Translations under genes and position numbers: made by a program
Notes under the pieces: model-generated
Databases searched by the model: none
What the model was told of the DNA's origin: nothing
The model's input: the letters and a program-made list of their open reading frames with translations, nothing else
Source: a virus
Virus record (IMG/VR): IMGVR_UViG_3300020190_000010
Span: 73,493-137,492 of that record
Direction: 5' to 3' (one strand)
Length of the DNA stretch: 64,000 nt
Shown here: positions 17,864-26,662 of the stretch, one piece after another
How positions within the stretch are numbered: position 1 is the stretch's first letter
How the letters are laid out: each line of letters opens with the position of its first letter

Positions 17864-19501
17864 ATGAGTATACAAAATTTATTAAATACTTCTGGGAATC
17901 CCCACAAGCAACTTATCAAAGAAAACAAGCAAATTGTCAATAAATGGGCAAAAACTGGTCTTCTTGATAATTTGAAAAACGAATATGAAAAGAACTCTAT
18001 TGCAGTTCTTCTCGAAAATCAAGCAAAACAACTTATCGACGAATCAAGCAGAACAGGTACAGCAGCTGGTTCAGAAGAATGGGCAGGTGTTGCACTTCCA
18101 TTGGTTCGCCGTATTTTCTCTGAAATTGCTGCGAAAGATTTTGTTTCTGTTCAACCAATGAACTTGCCTTCTGGTCTTGTGTTCTTCTTGGACTTCAAAT
18201 ATGGAACAGCACAACCTGGTTTCACTGCTGGATCCGGTAAAGATTCACAAGCTGATTCAGTATTTGGTGTAACAGGTAAAGATGCAAAAGATGCTGATCC
18301 TTCAGGCGGTCTTTATGGTGCAGGTCGTTTCGGTTATTCAATCAATGAGGCACAAATAACATCTACAAAAGCTGCTGCATTGTCTTCAACAGAATTTACA
18401 ACCGGATCTGTATCACACTCAACACCATCATTGTTCCAACATGACACAGAATTTAAAGATGCTTACTCTGCATCACTCGCAGCTGGTCATATTATGACTA
18501 TCACAGTTCAATCTGCATCTTTCACAACACCTGATCTTGAGGCAGTTCGTGCTTTCAAAGTATCTGGCTCAACAATTCTTGGTTATTTCCCACAATACAC
18601 AACAACTGCAAACAATGGTTCAACCATTACTTTCGTTGTTTCTGCTTCTGCTGCTCCTGCAACAGTAGGTATTGCTTATGAGAAACAACCAACTTCCACA
18701 ACACGTAATGACTTTGAAGAAGGTTCAGCTGGTTCAGATTTGGGTATACCAGAAATCAATCTTGAATTGCGTTCAGAGTCCATCGTTGCTAAAACACGTA
18801 AGTTGAAGGCAGTATGGACACCTGAATTTGCACAAGATTTGAATGCTTATCACTCAATTGATGCTGAAGCTGAATTGACATCTATGTTGTCTGAATACAT
18901 TTCACAAGAAATTGATTTGGAAATTCTTGATATGTTGATTAAGAATGCACAAACAACAGAAAGATGGTCAGCTCGTATTGGTCGCACATATGATGCTTCT
19001 ACAAGTGCATTTGGTGACTATTCATCTGCTCAGGCACAGGCATCCGCTTACAATCAACAAACATGGTTCCAAACACTTGGCACAAAGATTCAAAAAGTAT
19101 CAAACGTAATTCATCAGAAAACACTTCGTGGTGGTGCAAACTTCCTCGTATGTTCTCCACAAGTTGCTACAATACTTGAATCAATGCCTGGCTATGCAGT
19201 TGATGGTGAAGGTATGAAATTCGCAATGGGTGTTCAAAAAGTTGGTCAATTGAATGGCCGTATCACAGTTTACAAGAATCCTTACATGCTTGAAAATCAA
19301 GTTCTTGTAGGTTTCCGTGGAACACAATTCCTCGAAACTGGTGCTGTGTATGCTCCATACATTCCACTTGTAATGACACCGTTGGTATATGATCCAACGA
19401 ACTTCACACCAAGAAAAGGCGTGATGACTCGTTATGCGAAGAAGATTGTTCGTCCAGAGTTCTATGGTCTTATACAAATCGATTCTCTCGGTGACATCTA
19501 A
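17864..19501 (+). CDS. gp23: Major capsid protein (T4 gp23-like)
   Basis: LPLVRR, VSVQPMNLPSGLVF, AKTRKLKAVWTPEFAQDL, YAPYIPL, PRKGVMTRYA; LIDE as the probable maturation site. Confidence 0.97.
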   Translation: MSIQNLLNTSGNPHKQLIKENKQIVNKWAKTGLLDNLKNEYEKNSIAVLLENQAKQLIDESSRTGTAAGSEEWAGVALPLVRRIFSEIAAKDFVSVQPMNLPSGLVFFLDFKYGTAQPGFTAGSGKDSQADSVFGVTGKDAKDADPSGGLYGAGRFGYSINEAQITSTKAAALSSTEFTTGSVSHSTPSLFQHDTEFKDAYSASLAAGHIMTITVQSASFTTPDLEAVRAFKVSGSTILGYFPQYTTTANNGSTITFVVSASAAPATVGIAYEKQPTSTTRNDFEEGSAGSDLGIPEINLELRSESIVAKTRKLKAVWTPEFAQDLNAYHSIDAEAELTSMLSEYISQEIDLEILDMLIKNAQTTERWSARIGRTYDASTSAFGDYSSAQAQASAYNQQTWFQTLGTKIQKVSNVIHQKTLRGGANFLVCSPQVATILESMPGYAVDGEGMKFAMGVQKVGQLNGRITVYKNPYMLENQVLVGFRGTQFLETGAVYAPYIPLVMTPLVYDPTNFTPRKGVMTRYAKKIVRPEFYGLIQIDSLGDI

Positions 19502-19523
19502 ACCGTATTGGGTTAATAAAAAT

Positions 19524-19567
19524 AAAGGAGTGAGAAAAATCTCACTCCTTTTTTGTTTTTTTTTTTA
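19524..19567 (+). terminator. Intrinsic terminator after the MCP gene
   Basis: AAAGGAGTGAGA-aaaa-TCTCACTCCTTT followed by a long T run. Confidence 0.85.
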
Positions 19568-19651
19568 TTTTAATTTATATTTATTTGTGAGTGTTCAAAC
19601 GGATCACTTTTTTTACAAATATGTAATTTTTAGTAATAATGGGAAATTGAT

Positions 19652-20662
19652 ATGAAACAGACTAACAAAAAGAGAAGACTGTTTGAAGACGATGAAATAC
19701 TTGGAACTACCGATGTTCTAGGTTTAAGTAAAGTTCCAAAAGATGCTGCAAAAGCTGCTATTGGTGCCGGAACAAAAGACGGTGATCCAAAAGACGATGT
19801 TGCTGCTGGTAAAAAAGTTTCTATTGCTGCTAGTGCATTGAAAGCAGCACAAACAGAAATTATTCCAGAGAAGGCACTTGGTATGGCAATAGGAATGATA
19901 AATAAAGTTGGAATTTTTAGTGGAGGTCCTGGAGGAGATTTGGAATCCATAATTTCAGCAGATAATTATATTATGGATGGACACCACCGTTGGGCAGCAA
20001 CATTTCTTGCGGATCCCGGTGCAAGTATTACTGCAACTCAAATAGAACTTCCAGGTAAAGCACTTGTTAGTGCACTAAATGTTGTAACAGTAGGCCAATT
20101 TGGTCGTGGTGGTAATGCTGGTAAAGGAAATATAGCTGATTTCAAAGGTCCTGTATTTGCAAAAATAATAGACACATGGAAAGAAAAGGGATATAAAGAT
20201 GATAAAGGGAATGAAACAAAACCAGAGGATGTAACTAAAGCAATGGAAACTCTTGGTGGTGGTGATTTCGAGGCCGGTAAAAAAGTTGTTATGGCTAATG
20301 CAGATAAATTACCAAAAGAAATTATGCCTGGTGCTCCTGCAAGAATTGAAATGCCGGTTATCAACGGTAAAGAAGTTGATGGTGTTGCAAAGGCAATTGC
20401 AGCTGGTGAAATAGATATTAAGCCACCATATAGTCCAGATGTAAAAGATAAAATGGAATCGTATTATCAAATGCGTCGTGGATTAAAACCATTAAGAGAA
20501 TCTGTTATTAAAAAACTTGTTGAATATAATACTAAAAATAAAAAAAGATTACAAGAATCTTATGTTAAGAAAGTTAAAAAACAAAGACTTCAAGAAAAAT
20601 TAACACGATTACTTAAACCAATTGTTGCTGAAATTCTGAATAGTAAATTAAAGAAAAAATAA
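19652..20662 (+). CDS. ParB/sulfiredoxin-like domain protein
   Basis: LKAAQTEI and IISADNYIMDGHHRWAA. Confidence 0.7.
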   Translation: MKQTNKKRRLFEDDEILGTTDVLGLSKVPKDAAKAAIGAGTKDGDPKDDVAAGKKVSIAASALKAAQTEIIPEKALGMAIGMINKVGIFSGGPGGDLESIISADNYIMDGHHRWAATFLADPGASITATQIELPGKALVSALNVVTVGQFGRGGNAGKGNIADFKGPVFAKIIDTWKEKGYKDDKGNETKPEDVTKAMETLGGGDFEAGKKVVMANADKLPKEIMPGAPARIEMPVINGKEVDGVAKAIAAGEIDIKPPYSPDVKDKMESYYQMRRGLKPLRESVIKKLVEYNTKNKKRLQESYVKKVKKQRLQEKLTRLLKPIVAEILNSKLKKK

Positions 20663-20683
20663 TTTAAGCTAATATTAAGAAAT

Positions 20684-20719
20684 AAAACCCCATACATTTT
20701 TATGGGGTTTTTTATTTTT
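20684..20719 (+). terminator. Intrinsic terminator
   Basis: AAAACCCCATA-catttt-TATGGGGTTTT plus T tail. Confidence 0.8.
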
Positions 20720-20776
20720 GTTAGATATTTATTTTATGTATGAGATTATTATTATAGAAAGTTGGAACTAATTTAC

Positions 20777-22075
20777 ATGAAATCTAAAATTAAAAAATCA
20801 GACTCATTGAAACATCTTGTAAACGAAGTAATGTCCGAGCAAAACATTACATCTAGATTTAATACTGTAAATAGTGGAGCAGTATCACTTGATGAACAAG
20901 CGATAATTTCATTGTTAAAATCCAATATTTTTACATTAAATGAACAAAAGGCATTAAAAGTATTATTTTCAAAAACAAAAACAAAATCATTAACAGAAAC
21001 TACTGTTAAATTATTAGATGAAAATGTCAATATAATATCCAATTCATCGGAAATAGAATTGAGATTGAAAGAAGGATTTTTTGGGGATATATGGGATGGT
21101 TTGAAAGGTTTGGGTGATAAGGCAAAAGAAGCAATAGTAGGTGGTTGGAATAAATTAAAAAGTATATGGGCAGAATTTAAGGAACTTGTCCAAGAAGTAA
21201 TCAATTCAGCAAAAAATGGTTTGTTAAAATTATGTAACATGGGCGCAAATGTTGGAAATGTTGGGAAAGAAATGGTAGGCAAACTTAAAGATAAAAAATT
21301 AATTGCTGATCCAGATTTTATTAAAGAACTCAAACAATTAAGTGATACATGTGGTTGGTGGAAAACAAGTTGGTTTCAAAAATGGGTTGTTGCACCATTC
21401 TGGGAAAAAGATGTATTAGCAGGAAAAGGAACTGTTGATCAAGAACCTAAAATAGATTCAAAGGCGGCAGAACAAGGTTTGACTGCTATACCGGCATTAG
21501 AAAGTTTTATCAGTAAAAGAAATGAATTACTTTCAAATAATAAAGTTGTAACCGAATTACTGAAAAGAAATCAGAGAAGAAATACTCTAAAAGAAGGATA
21601 TGCGGTAGAACATCTTGATGATGCTATAAAAAATCCAGCATTAAAAAAAGTTGTTCATTATGCCATAGAATTGATACAATGGGTTTTTATGCCATTTGCT
21701 AAATTAGGACAAGTTGTTGCAAAGTGGGTAGGTCCAAAGGCACTTGGAGCTTTTTCAAATTTAACAAAAACAGTTGGTGGTCCTGGTGTTTATGGATTTG
21801 AACTACTTGGAACTCTATTTGGTGAAATAATGGAAATTTTTGTTAAAAAGAAAACTGGAGAAATAACAGTAGAATTAGTTGCAAAGATATTATTTCCTGG
21901 AGTTGGTGTTGGGGTTGATATAATAAAGGCAATACATTATGCATTATTAGCATGGACAGTAGCAAATATATGTATAAATTTAGTAGATAGTGTAGAAAAA
22001 GTAAAAACAGAATCATATAAATCAACTGGTAAATTCAAAATAAAAGAAGGTAATTTACTTTATATTAAGAAGTAA
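20777..22075 (+). CDS. Hypothetical protein with amphipathic/hydrophobic helices
   Basis: LKE|GFFGDIWDGLK amphipathic helix and a hydrophobic C-terminal third; start placed at ATG 20777. Confidence 0.65.
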   Translation: MKSKIKKSDSLKHLVNEVMSEQNITSRFNTVNSGAVSLDEQAIISLLKSNIFTLNEQKALKVLFSKTKTKSLTETTVKLLDENVNIISNSSEIELRLKEGFFGDIWDGLKGLGDKAKEAIVGGWNKLKSIWAEFKELVQEVINSAKNGLLKLCNMGANVGNVGKEMVGKLKDKKLIADPDFIKELKQLSDTCGWWKTSWFQKWVVAPFWEKDVLAGKGTVDQEPKIDSKAAEQGLTAIPALESFISKRNELLSNNKVVTELLKRNQRRNTLKEGYAVEHLDDAIKNPALKKVVHYAIELIQWVFMPFAKLGQVVAKWVGPKALGAFSNLTKTVGGPGVYGFELLGTLFGEIMEIFVKKKTGEITVELVAKILFPGVGVGVDIIKAIHYALLAWTVANICINLVDSVEKVKTESYKSTGKFKIKEGNLLYIKK

Positions 22076-22097
22076 TTATACAAAAATAAATTTTAAT

Positions 22098-22128
22098 AAG
22101 GGTGACATTTGTCACCCTTTTTTATTTT
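22098..22128 (+). terminator. Intrinsic terminator
   Basis: AAGGGTGAC-attt-GTCACCCTT plus T tail. Confidence 0.85.
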
Positions 22129-22148
22129 CACTTTGCTATTTATTACAA

Positions 22149-22748
22149 ATGGAAACTCAAATTCAATACATAGACATCATTTCTTTGGCGGTATCAAGTA
22201 TTGCCACACTACTTGGTGTGTTTCTTTCTTGGTTTCTCAAATACAAATATGGTGAATACAAACAAAAAAGAATTGACCGAGAGATTTCTCATTCCAAACT
22301 TATCCAAACCATATTAGATCAACTGTTAGAAGAATATAAATGTCAGCGTGCATTTATACTTCAAAGACATAACGGTGGTAAATACAAGACAGGCAAATCC
22401 ATGACCAAACTCTCAACCTCATTTGAATCACTCGATGAAGGGGTTAGCACAGAGTTTAAGCAATATCAGAACTTACCGATGTCTCTTTACTCAAACTTCG
22501 TTGAAGATGTAGTAAATCATAAGGCGGTATATCCTGTTGTAGATAATATAGAGGACTTAATTACAAAAGCATTTTTTTCACAGAGAGGGTCTAAATCAGC
22601 AGTGGTTTATCCGATACGAAAAGGATCGGAATTTATCGCTATTGTAGGTTTTGAATGGACCCATAAAGTTGAGAAATTGGATAACATATTATCCGAAATT
22701 GAAGCTGACGTAAAATCAATGGGAGATACCCTTTCTAAATTATTATAG
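22149..22748 (+). CDS. TM plus GAF-like domain protein (T4 holin T-like architecture)
   Basis: One N-terminal TM, then RAFILQRHNGG...S..FE......LP...KSAVVYPI...IAIVGFE. Confidence 0.5.
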   Translation: METQIQYIDIISLAVSSIATLLGVFLSWFLKYKYGEYKQKRIDREISHSKLIQTILDQLLEEYKCQRAFILQRHNGGKYKTGKSMTKLSTSFESLDEGVSTEFKQYQNLPMSLYSNFVEDVVNHKAVYPVVDNIEDLITKAFFSQRGSKSAVVYPIRKGSEFIAIVGFEWTHKVEKLDNILSEIEADVKSMGDTLSKLL

Positions 22749-22756
22749 GAGCCATT

Positions 22757-23506
22757 ATGTGTTCTGAATATAACGAAGAAACGAATAACAATGAACATTT
22801 GTTGAGTGAAGAAGAAGTATCAAGTCTTAATACAACTGGTATAAAAAAAGGAAGAAAAACTATTAAGAATAAAATACAGTTCCAACTTACTCTTAATGAC
22901 GAACAAAAGAGGATAAAAGCTGATGCTCTTCGTGATACAATTTCAGTATTTGTTGGTAAAGCTGGCTCTGGTAAAACATTACTTGCAACACAAATTGCCC
23001 TTGAATGTTTTTTCTATCGTGAAGTTGAAAGAATAATAATTACAAGACCAACGGTATCGAATGAAGATTTAGGATTTCTTCCTGGTAATATAAAAGAAAA
23101 AATGGATCCTTGGGTATCTCCTATTCAAGCAAATATGAATATGTTATACCATAAAGAAAAAATTGAAAAGTTAATGGCTGAAGATAAGATAGAAATTGCT
23201 CCTATCTCTTTTCTTCGTGGTAGAACATTTGTAAATTCTTGTGTGATAGTTGATGAATCACAAAATGTAACCAAACCACAAATGGAAATGATATTGTCTC
23301 GTCTTGGTATAAATTCAAAAATGATTTTAACTGGAGATATATCACAAATTGACTTAAAACAGAAAAAAGATTCTGGTCTTCCATATTTATTTAATATGAA
23401 AGACAAGATAAATGGATTGGGGGTTTATGAGTTAAAAACAAACCACCGTCATCCTATTGTTGATGATATATTGAAGTATTTTGAAGAAACAAAAACCGAG
23501 AAGTAA
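22757..23506 (+). CDS. phoH: PhoH-family ATPase
   Basis: GKAGSGKT, ITRP, LGFLPG..EKMDPW, FLRGRTF, DESQN, GDISQID, RHPIV. Confidence 0.95.
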   Translation: MCSEYNEETNNNEHLLSEEEVSSLNTTGIKKGRKTIKNKIQFQLTLNDEQKRIKADALRDTISVFVGKAGSGKTLLATQIALECFFYREVERIIITRPTVSNEDLGFLPGNIKEKMDPWVSPIQANMNMLYHKEKIEKLMAEDKIEIAPISFLRGRTFVNSCVIVDESQNVTKPQMEMILSRLGINSKMILTGDISQIDLKQKKDSGLPYLFNMKDKINGLGVYELKTNHRHPIVDDILKYFEETKTEK

Positions 23507-24637
23507 ATGACAGATATTCCTATTTGGCCTGGTAGTTCAAGTTTTACAACTGGTAGCACACCGTTTGGAACATTTGATAACGATGCTGATTTTCAAGCAG
23601 AAGCAGATCCTTTTGCGGATTGGTGTGCTAAAAGATTGGGTTATCCACTTGTTGATGTTGAATTGCAAGATGTAAATTTTTATACTTGTTTTGAAGAAGC
23701 AGTTTATGAGTATTCATATCACATAAATCAATTCAACATACAACAAAATCTTTTGAGTATAATAGGTGCATCTACTGGATCAAATTTAACACAACGCAAC
23801 ATTTCAACTGGAATGGGTCCACTTGTTCAACTTGCAACCGAATATGGTAGTGAAACTTTTACTAACGGTAATGTTAAATTTTATTCTTCATCTATTGATA
23901 TTACTGTTGGAAAACAACGATATGATTTAGATACACTAATACGTGATGTAAAAGTTCCAACCGGTTCAATAGAAATAAAAAAAGTACATCACTATTCCCC
24001 ACCGGCTTCAATGAGATTTTACGATCCTTATTTGGGAAATCAAGCAATGCTTGACACATTTGGGTTCGGTGCTTATTCTACTGGTGTATCATTTATGTTG
24101 ATGCCAATGTATGCAGATTTGCTTCGTATTCAAGCAATAGAGTTCAATGATTTAATGCGTAAATCTGCCTTTACATTTGAAATAATAAAAAATGAACTTC
24201 GTATATTTCCAGTACCAACAAAAAATTTCAAATTGTGGATTGAGTATATTGTAAAAGAAGAAAGAAGTAATCCATTAAAATATCCGGGTGGACAGGTTTC
24301 TGATATGTCAAATGCACCTTATGATTATATGGTTTATTCACAAATAAATTCTCCGGGAAAAACATGGATATACAGTTTTGGTTTGGCATTAGCAAAAGAA
24401 ATGCTTGGATATATTCGCGGTAAATATGGAAGTATACCAATACCAAATGGTGAAACAACTCTTAATGCTGCCGATTTACTTTCTGCAGCAACTGCAGAAA
24501 AACAGGCATTGGTAGAACAATTAAGAACTATGTTAGATACAATGACCAGAAGTAAATTATTAGAAGCAAAAAGATTAGAAACTGAAGCACTTGCAGCTAG
24601 TTTGAATGGAACTCCTTTATCAATTTACATAGGATAA
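23507..24637 (+). CDS. Neck/head-tail adaptor (gp13-like)
   Basis: RLGYPLVDVEL and ALAKEMLGYIRGKY..IP; first gene of the neck-tail module. Confidence 0.75.
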   Translation: MTDIPIWPGSSSFTTGSTPFGTFDNDADFQAEADPFADWCAKRLGYPLVDVELQDVNFYTCFEEAVYEYSYHINQFNIQQNLLSIIGASTGSNLTQRNISTGMGPLVQLATEYGSETFTNGNVKFYSSSIDITVGKQRYDLDTLIRDVKVPTGSIEIKKVHHYSPPASMRFYDPYLGNQAMLDTFGFGAYSTGVSFMLMPMYADLLRIQAIEFNDLMRKSAFTFEIIKNELRIFPVPTKNFKLWIEYIVKEERSNPLKYPGGQVSDMSNAPYDYMVYSQINSPGKTWIYSFGLALAKEMLGYIRGKYGSIPIPNGETTLNAADLLSAATAEKQALVEQLRTMLDTMTRSKLLEAKRLETEALAASLNGTPLSIYIG

Positions 24638-24641
24638 AATA

Positions 24642-25166
24642 ATGCCATTATTTCATGGAACCAGAGATGCTGGACTTGTTCACAAGTTTAATATGGAATT
24701 GGTCAATGATATAATTGATACAGAGGTTGCAGTTTACAAACTTTCATTGGAAAATACAAAAACAAATTTGTATAATGAATCCGATAAAAAAGTATATCAC
24801 AGTCCTATCAAAGTTCCGTCATTGATAGATTATCAAGCACAGACATATGAAGGAACTGAATTTGGACAAGACTACCAACAGGCGGCAAACTTTGCATTTA
24901 TACGAGAGTATTTGAAAGAGGTTGATATTTTTATTGAAGTTGGTGATGTCATAGAATATAATGGTGATTTTTGGGAAGTTGATTCAATTCAAGAAAATCA
25001 ATTTTTCGGCGGAAAAAATCCAGATTATTCTTTTGCAACTGAAAAATGGGGTCATAATGTTTCTATTATTGCAAATACACACTTGACAAGACGTTCAAGA
25101 ATACATATTGAAGAATTTAGACCGGCAATTCCAATTGATAATAATGATATACCGAGCAACATATAA
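24642..25166 (+). CDS. Neck/head-closure protein (gp14-like)
   Basis: NLYNES...EVGDVIEY...WEV; synteny. Confidence 0.65.
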   Translation: MPLFHGTRDAGLVHKFNMELVNDIIDTEVAVYKLSLENTKTNLYNESDKKVYHSPIKVPSLIDYQAQTYEGTEFGQDYQQAANFAFIREYLKEVDIFIEVGDVIEYNGDFWEVDSIQENQFFGGKNPDYSFATEKWGHNVSIIANTHLTRRSRIHIEEFRPAIPIDNNDIPSNI

Positions 25167-26236
25167 TGAATAATTCTAGCAAATATAGGAAACCACCACT
25201 TCGTAGAACAAGTGATAGTTTTATAGATGACAAAAATTCTATACAAAACCCAAGAACTGATTTAGGTTATAGGCGAGATTTACAAGTAAGACGGGATAAA
25301 GATAAAACAAGAAGTCTTGGAATTACTTTATATGATGTTGATTTTGCAATAAAATCGTTTATCGATCAAAAAATGCAATTAAAAGTTGAAGATGGTGGTG
25401 AGAATATATCGGTTCCAATCATTTATGCAAATTCTGAAAAATGGGCATCTATTCAAAGAGATGGTTTCCTAAAAGATAAAAAGGGAAAAACACTTGCACC
25501 ATTGATTACTTTTCGCCGTTCAAGCGTAAACATTAAATCGGAAATGCGTAGAAATAAAGTTGCTAATGTAAATCAGATTGCGTATTATATGAGACAAAAA
25601 TATAATGCAACAACACCATACGATAGATTTAGCACTCAATATGAAAAGAAAAAACCCTCTGAATACTTTATGACTCCTATGCCAGATTATGTTGATATTT
25701 CATACGATTTTATTGCTTGGTGTGAATATCAAAATCAATTGAATTACATTGTAGAAAATTTTGTGTATTTTAGTGGTCAATCATTTGGTGATAAAAACTT
25801 TTTCAAATTTTCTACAAATATGGATAGTATTGGAATGGAGAATAGTAATACAACAGGTCAAGATAGAATTGTCCGTGCTTCTTTTCAGATTACTGCTCAT
25901 GCTTATTTATTACCAAAAGATGTTGCTGCTCAAACAACAACAAAGAGATTGGTTACTGCCAATAAAATTGTTTTTACATCCGAGGCATTTAGTGATATAA
26001 ATTCTATTCTTGCTAGAGAATCCGCAGAACTTTCTCAAAATAATGATGAATTTGGAATTTCAAATTCCGATAGAAGAAATGTTCTTCGCATTGGTAAAAA
26101 TGAAAAAGGATTTGGTAAACTCAATAAACAAACAGATGAAGAATTAATACATTACAGAGAAAAGGTAAAAAGACTAACCGATGTATCTATCAATAGATCT
26201 CCGGATGTTTACCCAACTGAATTTGATGAAACATAA
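25166..26236 (+). CDS. Tail terminator/sheath stabiliser (gp15-like)
   Basis: VPIIYANSEKW...PLITF...PDYVDISY; synteny before the sheath gene. Confidence 0.65.
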   Translation: MNNSSKYRKPPLRRTSDSFIDDKNSIQNPRTDLGYRRDLQVRRDKDKTRSLGITLYDVDFAIKSFIDQKMQLKVEDGGENISVPIIYANSEKWASIQRDGFLKDKKGKTLAPLITFRRSSVNIKSEMRRNKVANVNQIAYYMRQKYNATTPYDRFSTQYEKKKPSEYFMTPMPDYVDISYDFIAWCEYQNQLNYIVENFVYFSGQSFGDKNFFKFSTNMDSIGMENSNTTGQDRIVRASFQITAHAYLLPKDVAAQTTTKRLVTANKIVFTSEAFSDINSILARESAELSQNNDEFGISNSDRRNVLRIGKNEKGFGKLNKQTDEELIHYREKVKRLTDVSINRSPDVYPTEFDET

Positions 26237-26299
26237 TAGTTTTTGATATTTTTTTACATATTTATATTTGTTATTTTATATTTTATTTAAGAGGTTTTT

Positions 26300-26599
26300 A
26301 TGGCAGACGAAGTTACATCAAATACAACTGAACAAAATTTTTCCGATGATGATGTTGTTGCGGTTAAAAATTTACAATCACAATATGCTCGAACAACTGC
26401 ACAAATTGGTCAAGTTGAAATAGAGTTACATTTATTGACAAAGAGATTGGATCAAATGAAAGAATTACGTGAAAAATTATTCACGGAATATACTACATTA
26501 CAAGACGAAGAACAAACTCTTGTTAAATCTTTAAATGAAAAATATGGTGATGGTATTTTAGATATAGACTCCGGTAAATTTATTCCGTCTGGTTCGTAG
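26300..26599 (+). CDS. Small coiled-coil protein
   Basis: GAGG SD; coiled coil ending in KYGDGILDIDSGKF. Confidence 0.65.
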   Translation: MADEVTSNTTEQNFSDDDVVAVKNLQSQYARTTAQIGQVEIELHLLTKRLDQMKELREKLFTEYTTLQDEEQTLVKSLNEKYGDGILDIDSGKFIPSGS

Positions 26600-26662
26600 T
26601 TTGGATTTTTTACTTCATATTTATATGAAGACTTAATTCTATAATTTTTTTGGAGATAATAA

